Source of the DNA: Candidatus Woesearchaeota archaeon
GTDB lineage: Archaea > Nanobdellota > Nanobdellia > SCGC-AAA011-G17 > CAYFGV01
NCBI GenBank assembly: GCA_964452525.1
Contig: CAYVLZ010000004.1
Span: forward strand, 32,543-96,542
Length of the DNA stretch: 64,000 bases
Direction: 5' to 3'
Part shown: in pieces, positions 1 to 9,386 of the stretch
How the letters are laid out: the number at the start of each line of letters is the position of its first letter
Position numbering within the stretch: the first letter of the stretch is position 1
Program-made: the position numbers and the translations under genes
The notes under the pieces: model-generated
Databases searched by the model: none
Told to the model about the DNA's origin: nothing
The model's input: the letters and a program-made list of their open reading frames with translations, nothing else

Positions 1-920
1 TCCATTATCGATACTAGAACATGGTTATCTTTGATTGTAGCTGCTCTAGAGGACTTCGGAAAGTAAAGAGTATAGTAATTTTTACCTTTAATTCTTTGAC
101 GTCTTATGGAAGCAATTTTATGATTTTTTAGACACAATAATTGGGCGAACATTGCTAAGTCTCTCTCTTTTGTTGTTACACTCATCCTACCAAACCGATC
201 GGTATGACCATCCGCTTCCATCCAACCTTTTAAAAACATATTAAATTGTTTATCCGAAATTCCATAAAACCAGTCTGGGAGCATCTTTCCTCTCCATTCT
301 CTCCTAAAATGCTTTGACATCCATTGTCTAAGAGGCTTGTCTCTCCAATGTATTGATAGGTACCCTCCTTTGGAATAATATTCAGATATTTTATCTATTC
401 TAAAATACTTCTTAATATTTTCTTTATAATAATCTGCTAATTTACGTTCCTTCTTACTATTAAACAATAATCCAACTCTTTCAGTATTATGGTAATTGTT
501 TGTGAAACCATCTCCCAACCAGAAACCTAGGAACCTGAAAAAGAATTGGTTGATTTTTATATTTTTTCTATATCCTGAAGTATTTTTTAACATTAATCTA
601 TTTTTGAGTAGGGATTCTTTATTTATTTTAGGTATTGGGAATACCGCTTTATCCGATTTTTTTACTTTTTCTACAGATATCCATCTTAATTTACCATTTC
701 TGAAAATTAAGATTTTGTGTTTCTCTGTTATTTTGAATTGATGCCCAAGAAAAGTTTGGACTTTGTATATTTTTTCATTCTTATCTACAGTTCTTTTATT
801 TACCGCCTTTATTTTCTTGAATTCCCCTTTATGCGTAAGAACATAATCTCCTGTTTGTATATCTCTTACAGACAATAAACCTTTATCTTTTATGTACAAA
901 GGAGTAGATCCTCCAATACA
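1..920 (-). mobile_element. Intein with LAGLIDADG homing endonuclease inside DNA ligase (C-terminal part outside window)
   Basis: After KIDGFR the frame reads CIGGSTPLYIKDKGLLSVRDIQTGDYVLTHKG (block A), ITEKHKIL (block B), FLGFWLGDG and FLKGWMEADG (LAGLIDADG motifs). Confidence 0.92.
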
Positions 921-1826
921 TCTAAATCCATCAATTTTTTGATCAAAAAAAGTTGGTTTTCCAACAGCATCAAATGCTTCTTTTATAGATTCTACTTTTA
1001 CCGCTAACATGGAGTTGATTGGATTTCCAGGTCTTATCTCTTGTTCTTTTGCTTTTAGTCCATGTTTTTGGAGCGATTCTACAACTAATACGAAGTCATT
1101 AGTTGTATCAAAAGTTTGTTGTGCAGTTTTTATGAAATAATTATATATATCTCTGTTGGTTTTTTCATTACCAGAATCTATTAATTTAATTTTATTTAGG
1201 TTCTTAGATTTAACGTCTTCTAGAGATTTTACTTTAAGAGTTTTTTTTGTTTTAATATCCTTATCATTAATGTTCTTGACTCTTGGTAAATATGTCCATG
1301 TTATGGCATCTCTTAATATTCCTGATGAGACACCCACCCTTAACTGTTCCATTATCGTTCTTACTATAAATTTTGCTTCATTTGGACTTGAAGATGTTAA
1401 GAGTTCTGTAACTAATCGTATTTTTTTGTTGACAGTTCCATGGCCTTCTAAGGTGGTTAACTTTCTTATATTATCAAATACTTTTTCAATATTTATATCT
1501 TTGGTTGATAGTGTTGTTTGTTTTTTACCCTTTATTAAATCTTCAGCAACTAGTCCAATATCACCTTTTTTAGCTAAATCTTTTTCCACCTTCTCTATTT
1601 GGGTGCCTGTGGCTGAGGATATTGCCTTAATCGCTAATCTTATAGAAAAACCTATCTTTCTTCTATCCCAGAGGGGGAAAACCTTTCCTTGTAATAGATA
1701 TATAACCTGTTTTATGTCCTCTCTTTTGGTTTTTTTAAGAAGATCTGAAATTATGTATGTTTTTTCTAATCTTTTAGATGTGGATTCTAGCTTTTCATAA
1801 CTTTTAACTAGCTCAGAGTACTTCAT
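1..1826 (-). CDS. lig: ATP-dependent DNA ligase, intein-containing, truncated by the left window edge
   Basis: Absent from the ORF track because it runs off the edge. Manual translation from ATG 1826 gives MKYSELVKSYEKLESTSKRLEKTYIISDLLKK..., later motif I KIDGFR, typical of archaeal ligases. Confidence 0.93.
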   Translation of the reverse strand, partial: MKYSELVKSYEKLESTSKRLEKTYIISDLLKKTKREDIKQVIYLLQGKVFPLWDRRKIGFSIRLAIKAISSATGTQIEKVEKDLAKKGDIGLVAEDLIKGKKQTTLSTKDINIEKVFDNIRKLTTLEGHGTVNKKIRLVTELLTSSSPNEAKFIVRTIMEQLRVGVSSGILRDAITWTYLPRVKNINDKDIKTKKTLKVKSLEDVKSKNLNKIKLIDSGNEKTNRDIYNYFIKTAQQTFDTTNDFVLVVESLQKHGLKAKEQEIRPGNPINSMLAVKVESIKEAFDAVGKPTFFDQKIDGFRCIGGSTPLYIKDKGLLSVRDIQTGDYVLTHKGEFKKIKAVNKRTVDKNEKIYKVQTFLGHQFKITEKHKILIFRNGKLRWISVEKVKKSDKAVFPIPKINKESLLKNRLMLKNTSGYRKNIKINQFFFRFLGFWLGDGFTNNYHNTERVGLLFNSKKERKLADYYKENIKKYFRIDKISEYYSKGGYLSIHWRDKPLRQWMSKHFRREWRGKMLPDWFYGISDKQFNMFLKGWMEADGHTDRFGRMSVTTKERDLAMFAQLLCLKNHKIASIRRQRIKGKNYYTLYFPKSSRAATIKDNHVLVSIM

Positions 1827-1866
1827 AAGAAGTTTTATATATATTGTTGAATAAAAGGTTTTTGGT

Positions 1867-2400
1867 ATGAATTTTGATAAGGTTGTCAAAGATAGAAGGT
1901 CTGTAAGGAGATATAAAGATACTAAAGTAAGTATGGAGAAGTTAAATAAAATATTAGATTCTGCAAGATTTGCTCCCAGTGCAGGCAACTTACAGAACTG
2001 GAGATTTGTTGTAATTGAAAATGAAAAGAAGAAGAAAGAGTTAGCAAAGGCGGCTTATGGACAGAATTTTGTTGAGCATGCGCCGATTGTTATAGTTGTA
2101 TGTAATGAACCAGAGGAGGTTGTTAGGTTCTATGGTAAAAGAGGTAAATTTTATGCTACGCAGAATTGCGCTGCTGTTGTGGAACATATATTATTAAAGG
2201 CAACTGATTTGGGACTGGGTAGCTGTTGGGTTGGTGCTTTTGATGAAGATGAGGTTGTAAATATCTTGAAGATTACGGATGATATAAAGCCAGAGGCCAT
2301 AATAACAATCGGTTACAGCGAGGAAGATTATGAAATGCCTACTAGATATGATTTAAATAATTTGGTTTATTTTGAAGAATATGGAAATAAAAAGAAATAA
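1867..2400 (+). CDS. Nitroreductase family protein
   Basis: RRSVRRY, APSAGNLQNWRF and LGLGSCWVGAF motifs. Confidence 0.93.
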   Translation: MNFDKVVKDRRSVRRYKDTKVSMEKLNKILDSARFAPSAGNLQNWRFVVIENEKKKKELAKAAYGQNFVEHAPIVIVVCNEPEEVVRFYGKRGKFYATQNCAAVVEHILLKATDLGLGSCWVGAFDEDEVVNILKITDDIKPEAIITIGYSEEDYEMPTRYDLNNLVYFEEYGNKKK

Positions 2401-2513
2401 TGTTAGTAGAATACAAACGCTTATGAGAGCTGAAAACAAAGGTTTAAAGTACCTAAAACCCGAGAATTCAAAAGAATCGGTTTAGCTCGTGTTCATTTCA
2501 ATTCAAGGCAACC

Positions 2514-2771
2514 TCAATAAATATTGTTGTGATGATCAAAGTCCTCAAAATAAATTTTGTATCTTAGGAATCTGAAGACTGGAACGAAGGAACCCACGTG
2601 AACGCGTTTATATTCCTTTAAATCATATTTGAGATTTTTATAATGATCCGGATCTGGAGAACTTATAACTTCTTCGATTTTCTTCATTAAAGCTTCATAT
2701 TTGACTCTATCCTTCTTACGTAATTTTTTAAGAATTCGTTTGAGATTTTCGCTTATTTCGAATTCAATCAT
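2514..2771 (-). CDS. RelE/YafQ-like type II toxin
   Basis: 85-aa basic protein with YKNLKYDLKEYKRVHVG and C-terminal HHNNIY; overlaps the upstream small gene. Confidence 0.8.
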   Translation of the reverse strand: MIEFEISENLKRILKKLRKKDRVKYEALMKKIEEVISSPDPDHYKNLKYDLKEYKRVHVGSFVPVFRFLRYKIYFEDFDHHNNIY

Positions 2772-2997
2772 TCTCTATTACTTTCCGTAGTTCAGATACA
2801 GTATTGAACTTGTGATGTTTGCCTTTTATTATCTTCTTGAGTTTCTTAAGATATTCAGGTTTAACTTCCTTTATATCTCCGATTTGAGATTCCATAAACA
2901 ACTCTATTTGTTTACTCATACTTATTCCATGTTTTCTACAAATTTCAGAAAATCTATTATAGGTATCTTCTTCTACATTAAAAGTTTTTAATACCAT
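2764..2997 (-). CDS. Ribbon-helix-helix antitoxin
   Basis: LKTFNVEEDTYNRFSEIC RHH-like N-terminus, directly upstream of the toxin. Confidence 0.75.
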   Translation of the reverse strand: MVLKTFNVEEDTYNRFSEICRKHGISMSKQIELFMESQIGDIKEVKPEYLKKLKKIIKGKHHKFNTVSELRKVIEND

Positions 2998-3120
2998 TTT
3001 GCATCACCATTAAATAAGATTATTTAATATTATTTAAATCTTTCGGTTCCAAAATATTTCTTTTAGCCCGAATTCTGAACTTAACTATTATTAGCGCATA
3101 ACATTCATTAAAGATAGATT

Positions 3121-3160
3121 TAAAATAAAAAGAAAAGCTAATGTGTGGAAAAACATTAGC
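3121..3160 (-). terminator. Hairpin plus U-tract downstream of ftsZ
   Basis: 8-bp stem GCTAATGT/ACATTAGC (3137-3160) followed on the minus strand by TTTTCTTTTTATTTT. Confidence 0.55.
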
Positions 3161-3226
3161 CAAAGCTTTTAACCACACAGCCACAAAATGAGTGGGTTAT
3201 AAGGGGGTTAAAGAACTTTAGCCCAC

Positions 3227-4297
3227 TCATTTGATCATGTCTATTCCGAGTTCTCTGCTCATAGTTACGGCAGCTTCCTCTCTTGCTTTTTGATGATCTA
3301 CCTTTCCAAGTATGTATGGGGATTTTACACCTGTAACTATTGTCATTACCCTTAACATACCCTTCATATCATCACTAATTCTTGCTCCCCAGATTACATT
3401 TGCGTCTGGATCAAGAGCCTCGGTAACCATCTCACCGACTTTGCTTACTTCGTCAAGCAATAAGTCGTCACCGCCGCTAATATGTATCAGAGCTCCACTA
3501 GCACCTTCATAACTTACATCCAGTAGGGGATTTGTAAGAGCTCTTTTAACAGCTTCTTCAACTCGGTGTTCTGATGTACTTTCGCCAATTCCAATTACAG
3601 AAACATCACCATTAGCCATTATTGCCTTAACGTCTGCATAGTCTAGGTTAACTAGACTTGGAACTGCGATAGTTTCTACTATTGCCTTAATCATAGTAGA
3701 GATTAACTCGTTGGCTACTGCAAAGGCTTGCTTAACAGGTAAGTTTCCAGCTATTTTTACTAGTAGATTGTTGTCTATTACAATAGCTGTGTCACAAACT
3801 TGCCTTAATTCCTGCAAACCAAATTCTGCTTTATCAACACGGGCTTTTTCTATATTGAAAGGCATTGTTACGGTGCCTATTACGATTGAGCCGACTTCTT
3901 TTGCTAATTGAGCAACAACTGGAGCAGCTCCGGTTCCAGTACCACCTCCCATTCCCGCACAGATGAAGACCATATCGGCCCCCTTCATAAATTCTTTTAG
4001 ATCATGAAGACTTTCTTTAGCGGCTTCTCTTCCTTTGTCAGCGAATCCACCACATCCAAGACCTCTTGTCAACTCTCTACCGATTAATATTTTTTTATCA
4101 GCAGAAATAACGTCTAGATGTTGTTTGTCTGTATTGATTGCACATACTTCTGCACCAATAATTCCTTTATTATGTAGCCAGTTTACTGCGTTTCCACCGC
4201 CGCCACCGACACCGATGACTTTAATATTTGCTTTTCCTACGTTAGAATCTGCAACATTCTCAGAGTTGTTTAATGCGTTTTGTATTAAGGTTTCCAT
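3227..4297 (-). CDS. ftsZ: Cell division protein FtsZ
   Basis: GVGGGGGNAV, GMGGGTGTG tubulin signature, NLDYAD. Confidence 0.98.
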   Translation of the reverse strand: METLIQNALNNSENVADSNVGKANIKVIGVGGGGGNAVNWLHNKGIIGAEVCAINTDKQHLDVISADKKILIGRELTRGLGCGGFADKGREAAKESLHDLKEFMKGADMVFICAGMGGGTGTGAAPVVAQLAKEVGSIVIGTVTMPFNIEKARVDKAEFGLQELRQVCDTAIVIDNNLLVKIAGNLPVKQAFAVANELISTMIKAIVETIAVPSLVNLDYADVKAIMANGDVSVIGIGESTSEHRVEEAVKRALTNPLLDVSYEGASGALIHISGGDDLLLDEVSKVGEMVTEALDPDANVIWGARISDDMKGMLRVMTIVTGVKSPYILGKVDHQKAREEAAVTMSRELGIDMIK

Positions 4298-4380
4298 TTT
4301 TGTGCTTTAATCCCCCTGTGTTTTTTATTATCAAAGTATATACTTAACCACAATAAATTTTATATTGTAGTTTATACCCT

Positions 4381-4518
4381 GATTCTTAGAAAGAGTTTAC
4401 ATTGCCCAAAGAACTCTTTTGATATAAGTTTAACTAAGAGAAATCTTAAGTTTATGCCCAAGAATCTGATTTATTTTGCCCGAATAAATCTAATTCTGAA
4501 TTTTTATTAGCCCAAAAT
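4381..4518. repeat. Four to five TTTA-N(1-4)-GCCC motifs, several in stem-loops
   Basis: GCCC at 4404, 4456, 4478, 4510; stems AAAGAGTT/AACTCTTT and GATTTATT/AATAAATC. Confidence 0.5.
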
Positions 4519-4621
4519 GTATCTTTCTATTAGTAAATATCTATATAAATATTATTGATATTCGACCTATAGTTTCTATAATATAAATTTTATTTAATCT
4601 TATTTTAGAGAAAGAGAAAAT

Positions 4622-5917
4622 ATGGAAAAAGGCATAAAGGAAGGTGATGTAGTAGAGGTTGTTACTTCTGATGAAAAGATAAAGGGGAGATATTTACCAT
4701 CGAAGGATAATGTTATCATCAAACTAGATTCTGGTTATAATATAGGGATCAGTAGAAACAAGATCAAAAAAATAAAATTAGTTAAAAGGCATAGGGTAAA
4801 GAATAAAAAGTTGGACAAGATAAAACGTAAGAAAGGACTTCCTATTATTTCGATATTGCATACTGGAGGAACTATAAGTAGTAGAGTTAGCTATGAAACT
4901 GGGGGCGTAAGTCCTAAATTTAAACCAGAAGAAATTGTTGAGATGTTCCCAGAGATAGAGAAAATAGCCAATGTTAAGTGTAAGTTCATCAGTAATATAT
5001 TCTCTGAGGATTTGAGGTTTGAGCATTATAATTTAATAGCTAAAGAAATTGAAAAAGAAATTAAAAGGGGTGTAGATGGAATAGTTGTTACGCACGGTAC
5101 TGATACTATGCATTACACTGCTGCTGCTTTAAGTTTTATGTTAGAAGATTTACCTATTCCAGTATTATTGGTGGGATCTCAGAGGAGTTCTGATAGGGGA
5201 AGCAGCGATGCTGCTTTAAACATCATAAGTGCTTTTCAGTTTATAGCTAAAAGTGATTTCTCTGAAGTTGGGATATGTATGCATAATAGTATGAGAGATG
5301 ATAACTGTGTTATATTACCTGGAACTAAGACTAGGAAAATGCATGCTAGTAGAAGAGATGCTTTTAGAGCAATAAATACCAAACCTTGGGCCTTGGTTAA
5401 CAGAGAAGGGAAAATTCAATATATTAAGACTGATTTTAAGAAAAAAGACAAAAGAAAGTTGAAATTGAAATTGTTCAAGAAAGTAAAAGTCGGGGTTCTT
5501 AAGATGCATCCTAATATGTTTGCTGAGGAAATAAGTAGGTATAGAAATTTCGATGGTTTGGTTCTGGAAGGGTCTGGAGTAGCAGGTAATTTTCCAATTA
5601 ATAAAACAGATAGATATACTGTAGAGAATAAGAAAATATACTTAGAATTAAAAAAATTGGTTAAAAAGATTCCTTTATTTGTTACTAGTCAGACCGTATT
5701 TGGAAGAATAAATATGAATGTTTACTCAACAGGAAGAAAGATGAAAGAGATCGGAATATTGGGAGATTATAATGATATGACCTCAGAAACAGCTTTTATT
5801 AAATTGGCTTGGTTACTAAGTAATTATAAAAAGGATAAAGTTAAAGCATTAATGTCCGAGAACTTAAGGGGGGAGATTCTTAAAAGAACTGAAGCTTATG
5901 ATGACTTCCTAGGATGA
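4622..5917 (+). CDS. gatD: Glu-tRNA(Gln) amidotransferase subunit D
   Basis: KLDSGYNIG, HTGGTISSR, THGTDTM, GSQRSSDRGSSD. Confidence 0.97.
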   Translation: MEKGIKEGDVVEVVTSDEKIKGRYLPSKDNVIIKLDSGYNIGISRNKIKKIKLVKRHRVKNKKLDKIKRKKGLPIISILHTGGTISSRVSYETGGVSPKFKPEEIVEMFPEIEKIANVKCKFISNIFSEDLRFEHYNLIAKEIEKEIKRGVDGIVVTHGTDTMHYTAAALSFMLEDLPIPVLLVGSQRSSDRGSSDAALNIISAFQFIAKSDFSEVGICMHNSMRDDNCVILPGTKTRKMHASRRDAFRAINTKPWALVNREGKIQYIKTDFKKKDKRKLKLKLFKKVKVGVLKMHPNMFAEEISRYRNFDGLVLEGSGVAGNFPINKTDRYTVENKKIYLELKKLVKKIPLFVTSQTVFGRINMNVYSTGRKMKEIGILGDYNDMTSETAFIKLAWLLSNYKKDKVKALMSENLRGEILKRTEAYDDFLG

Positions 5918-6141
5918 TTTCTATTAAAGATTTTTTAAACAAAATTATTTGGGATTCTAGAGAAAAACCAGAGGAATATATTGTTGTTTACTTTGACAGG
6001 ATAGAGAAAAAGAACATCGAGGTTAAATTTAATGACTTGATGTTGAGTGGGGATTTTTTAATTGTTGATGAAGCTAGTATTCCTTTACATAGAGTAAGAG
6101 AGGTTAGGAAAAAGGGCAAGGTTGTTTGGAAAAGATTATAA
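5914..6141 (+). CDS. DUF504/MJ1316-like RNA repair domain protein
   Basis: LNKIIWD and IPLHRVREVRKKGKVVWKR motifs. Confidence 0.8.
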   Translation: MISIKDFLNKIIWDSREKPEEYIVVYFDRIEKKNIEVKFNDLMLSGDFLIVDEASIPLHRVREVRKKGKVVWKRL

Positions 6142-6164
6142 ATATAAGATTTATAAAAAAGATT

Positions 6165-7592
6165 ATGGATTATAAAGAACTTGGATTGAAAGCCGGAGTA
6201 GAGATCCACAGACAATTATCAGGTCATAAATTATTCTGTAATTGTCCAGTTATTTTAAGAGAAGATAAACCTGATCTTAGAGTCAAAAGATATTTAAGGC
6301 CGGTTCTTAGTGAGATTGGAGAAAAAGATGTTGTAGCAGAATATGAGCAAGCTAAAGGAAGGTATGCTATATATGAAGCTTATGATGATAGTACATGTGA
6401 AGTGGAATTAGATGAAAGCCCTCCATTAAGTTTAAATGAAGAAGCCTTAGAGGTCGCTTTACAGATCGCTTTAATATTGAACTGTAAGATTGTGGATGAG
6501 ATACAGTTAATGAGAAAACAGGTTCTTGATTACAGCAATACAAGTTCTTTTCAAAGAACAATGTTAATCGCAAGAAAAGGATATTTTGAAGTGGATGGAG
6601 AGAAAATAGGAATTCAGAGTGTTTGTCTAGAAGAAGATGCTGCTAGGAAGATTAAAGAGGACAAAAAGCATATTGTTTATAGATTAGATAGACTAGGTAT
6701 TCCTTTAATAGAAATAGCAACAGAGCCCGATATTAAGACACCTGAACAAGCAAGGAGAGTTGCAGAGTATATTGGAATGATAATTAAATCTACAGGAAAG
6801 GCTAGATCTGGAATTGGAACAGTAAGGCAGGATGTAAATGTTTCCATCAGCAAGGGAGCAAGAGTAGAAATCAAGGGTGTACAAGATTTAAGAAGTATTC
6901 CTGATGTTATTAAAAAAGAGGTTGAAAGACAACTAAATTTAATAGAAAAAGGTAAAAAAATTAAGGAAGAAGTTAGAAAAGCAAATCTTGATAACACCAC
7001 TTCTTATTTAAGACCAATGCCTGGTTCTGCAAGAATGTATATAGAAACAGATGTACCGAGTATTAAGGTAAGTAAAAAAATGTTAAAGAAAATTAAATTA
7101 CCTGAATTAATAAGTGAAAAAGCGATTAATTTAGAGAAAAAATATAATATAAATGAAGTTTTGGCTAGAGAATTGATTAAGAAAAAAATAGATTTAGAAG
7201 CTTATGTAAATAAATTTAAGGACATAGATGTAGATTTCATTGCACATGTTTTGATAGAGATTCCTAAAGATATTAAAAGAAGGCATGGTTTGGATATGGG
7301 TAAGATAAAGAAAAAAGATTTCTTGGATATTTTGGGTTATCTAAATAAAAAAGAGATTAGCAGAGAAGCAGTTATGGAGATTCTAATTGAAATTGCTAAA
7401 GGTAAAAAGATTAATATCAATAAATACAAGAAGATTAATATAACTTCTATAGAAAAAGAGATTAAAGAGTTAATAGGGAAGAAGCAAAATTTAAGTGTGA
7501 ATGCTTTGATGGGGCTTGTAATGAAGAAGTATAGAGGTAAGATAGATGGCAAGGAAGCTATGAGGATTTTAAAAAAATATAAGAAAGATTAG
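6165..7592 (+). CDS. gatE: Glu-tRNA(Gln) amidotransferase subunit E, short form
   Basis: MDYKELGLKAGVEIHRQL, LEEDAAR, RLDRLGIPLIEI; start moved to ATG 6165. Confidence 0.95.
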   Translation: MDYKELGLKAGVEIHRQLSGHKLFCNCPVILREDKPDLRVKRYLRPVLSEIGEKDVVAEYEQAKGRYAIYEAYDDSTCEVELDESPPLSLNEEALEVALQIALILNCKIVDEIQLMRKQVLDYSNTSSFQRTMLIARKGYFEVDGEKIGIQSVCLEEDAARKIKEDKKHIVYRLDRLGIPLIEIATEPDIKTPEQARRVAEYIGMIIKSTGKARSGIGTVRQDVNVSISKGARVEIKGVQDLRSIPDVIKKEVERQLNLIEKGKKIKEEVRKANLDNTTSYLRPMPGSARMYIETDVPSIKVSKKMLKKIKLPELISEKAINLEKKYNINEVLARELIKKKIDLEAYVNKFKDIDVDFIAHVLIEIPKDIKRRHGLDMGKIKKKDFLDILGYLNKKEISREAVMEILIEIAKGKKININKYKKINITSIEKEIKELIGKKQNLSVNALMGLVMKKYRGKIDGKEAMRILKKYKKD

Positions 7593-7838
7593 CAATTGCT
7601 TTCACATTCAAAGGCCTTATCTCCGTCATCTGGAAATTGTTGTAAGCAATCTTCTACACAAGATTTACATTCTTCAAATTGCTGATTTTCAGCTAACTGG
7701 CATTCTCCGTTTATTATTTCGCAACTAGCAAAGTTTCTACATTTGTCTCCCAATTGATAAACCTCTGTGCAGAATTCTGTTATGTCTGGGCCGCATTCTA
7801 TTTCCAGACCATGGCAGTTTTCGATCTCGCATTCCTGG
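7589..7838 (-). pseudogene. 3' part of a Cys-rich secreted-protein gene interrupted by the transposon
   Basis: Joins in frame with the 5' part at 10437-10521 once the element and one target copy are removed (..LYKPDQECEIENCHG..). Confidence 0.8.
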
Positions 7839-7899
7839 TTCATTGGTGAGTTAGCGGTTGGTAGATAGCTTTTTAAGGATTAACCTATTTTACTTTTTT

Positions 7900-8436
7900 A
7901 TGGAATATCCACTAAGAGATGGGAAAGGTACAAAAGCAAAAGCGTTTAAGGAAATAAAAATGCCTGATGGAACTATAATTGGTGTTTTTGAGGGCAGTCG
8001 TGGAGCTAATCCAGATCACGATATTCTTCTTAAATATCAAGAAAGAGGTAAGAGAGTAAGAACCCCCAAACATATTCATTGGGTTATTGACCTATTGATT
8101 AAAAAAGAACATAATAAAAACCTCACTCTTAAATTTATGAAATATTTAAGAGAAATGTATGATAAGGTTGAAGGGTTTAAAAGTAAAGAAGATAGAGCTA
8201 AATGCGAAATAAAAGAAACAACTCATGAGAAATTAAAAGAATTTGATGAGTTAAATCAATATGGAGAGTATTCTGTTGAGTTTATAGGACATTTAATTGA
8301 ATTAATGATTAAAATGGAGAAGAATACGCCGCCAGAAAAACCTGCAAGAGTATTTAAGGAATTAATGGATGCCATGATTCAAGAAAAAGAAATATTTGTT
8401 ATAGTTTCAAAAGCTACCCAAATTAGTGGTAGATAG
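7900..8436 (+). CDS. Hypothetical cargo protein, possible restriction endonuclease partner
   Basis: 178-aa ORF from ATG 7900, convergent with and abutting the methyltransferase; no catalytic motif recognised. Confidence 0.55.
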   Translation: MEYPLRDGKGTKAKAFKEIKMPDGTIIGVFEGSRGANPDHDILLKYQERGKRVRTPKHIHWVIDLLIKKEHNKNLTLKFMKYLREMYDKVEGFKSKEDRAKCEIKETTHEKLKEFDELNQYGEYSVEFIGHLIELMIKMEKNTPPEKPARVFKELMDAMIQEKEIFVIVSKATQISGR

Positions 8437-9237
8437 TTATTCAAAAATAATTTCTGTTTCATCTTCAGAAAGCGTTTTTTGAGCTTTCTTTAATCTCTTT
8501 TTTATTATACTCATATTTTTCTTATCTTTTTCTATTCCTATAGAATTTCTACAATAATCTTTAGCCACTGCTGAAGTTGTGCCAGAACCTACAAAGGGAT
8601 CTAATACGGTATCGCCCTCAATTGTGCAAGATAAAATTATTCTTCTTAATAATTCTTCTGGTTTTTGAGTTGGGTGTGCTCCCGCCCATTTTTCTTTTTT
8701 TGGAGTTAGTGGGATATGCCAAACATTTCTTGCTTGTTTTCCCTTTGGATTAATTTCATCAGTAATATTGTCTTTTGTCCATTCATAATTAAATTTCCAC
8801 CTTTTCCCATTACCATTTTTAGAAGCCCAAATTAAATGTTCTGTACTTTCAGTGAACATCCTACAGCTTATATTAGGTTGTGCATTTGGCTTAAACCATA
8901 CAATACTATTATTTATTTTAACATCATTATAATGTTGCAGTATAAATCCAACCTGATAAATATTATGGAATGAACCAGAAATCCACAAACTTCCACCATG
9001 CTTTAGAATTCTTAGGGCTTCTTTAATCCACTGTTGGTTGAATTGAAAATAATCATCTTTAGAGAACATATCCCATTCTTCTTGCATAGTGATATGGTTA
9101 CTGTATTTCCATCCTAAACCCTTCTTTTTTGACATATTATAAGGTGGATCAGCAAAGATCAAATCTATTGATTCATCTGGGATTTTTTTCATTACTTTTA
9201 AGGCATCACCCAAAATAATTCTATGTGTAGTTTTCAT
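8437..9237 (-). CDS. Beta-class N6-A/N4-C DNA methyltransferase (DpnA-like)
   Basis: DLIFADPPYN precedes HPTQKP and LDPFVGSGTT. Confidence 0.95.
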   Translation of the reverse strand: MKTTHRIILGDALKVMKKIPDESIDLIFADPPYNMSKKKGLGWKYSNHITMQEEWDMFSKDDYFQFNQQWIKEALRILKHGGSLWISGSFHNIYQVGFILQHYNDVKINNSIVWFKPNAQPNISCRMFTESTEHLIWASKNGNGKRWKFNYEWTKDNITDEINPKGKQARNVWHIPLTPKKEKWAGAHPTQKPEELLRRIILSCTIEGDTVLDPFVGSGTTSAVAKDYCRNSIGIEKDKKNMSIIKKRLKKAQKTLSEDETEIIFE

Positions 9238-9386
9238 TTTTTCTTATTATCCCTACGGGGTTTATTCCAATAAGGGGATTTACATTTAGGGCATACTGTT
9301 GGCTCTACTTTAATATCATTAGGTATCCATTCATGCTCACACCTCTCACATTTAAAGCCTTTTTTTGTAACATCTACAATTCCCAT
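9234..9386 (-). CDS. 50-aa zinc-ribbon protein
   Basis: Below the ORF-track cutoff: MGIVDVTKKGFKCERCEHEWIPNDIKVEPTVCPKCKSPYWNKPRRDNKKK; ATGA overlap with the methyltransferase start. Confidence 0.85.
   Translation of the reverse strand: MGIVDVTKKGFKCERCEHEWIPNDIKVEPTVCPKCKSPYWNKPRRDNKKK

Noticed and set aside
496-1800. Plus-strand ORFs 496-741 and 1156-1800
   Set aside because: Antisense shadows of the ligase/intein gene. The same applies to most short ORFs nested opposite long genes in the track.
2399-3105. AATGTTA/TAACATT ends and attC-like cores around the TA module
   Set aside because: Only 7 bp in AT-rich DNA; no complete attC fold, integrase or target duplication.
4381-4518. CRISPR array or ORB-type origin
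   Set aside because: Repeats are too short and irregularly spaced for CRISPR, do not match the ORB consensus, and no cdc6 or cas gene is nearby.
7589-7843. Independent 84-aa gene starting MNQEC
   Set aside because: Its ATG lies within the transposon end; it is the 3' half of the interrupted gene.
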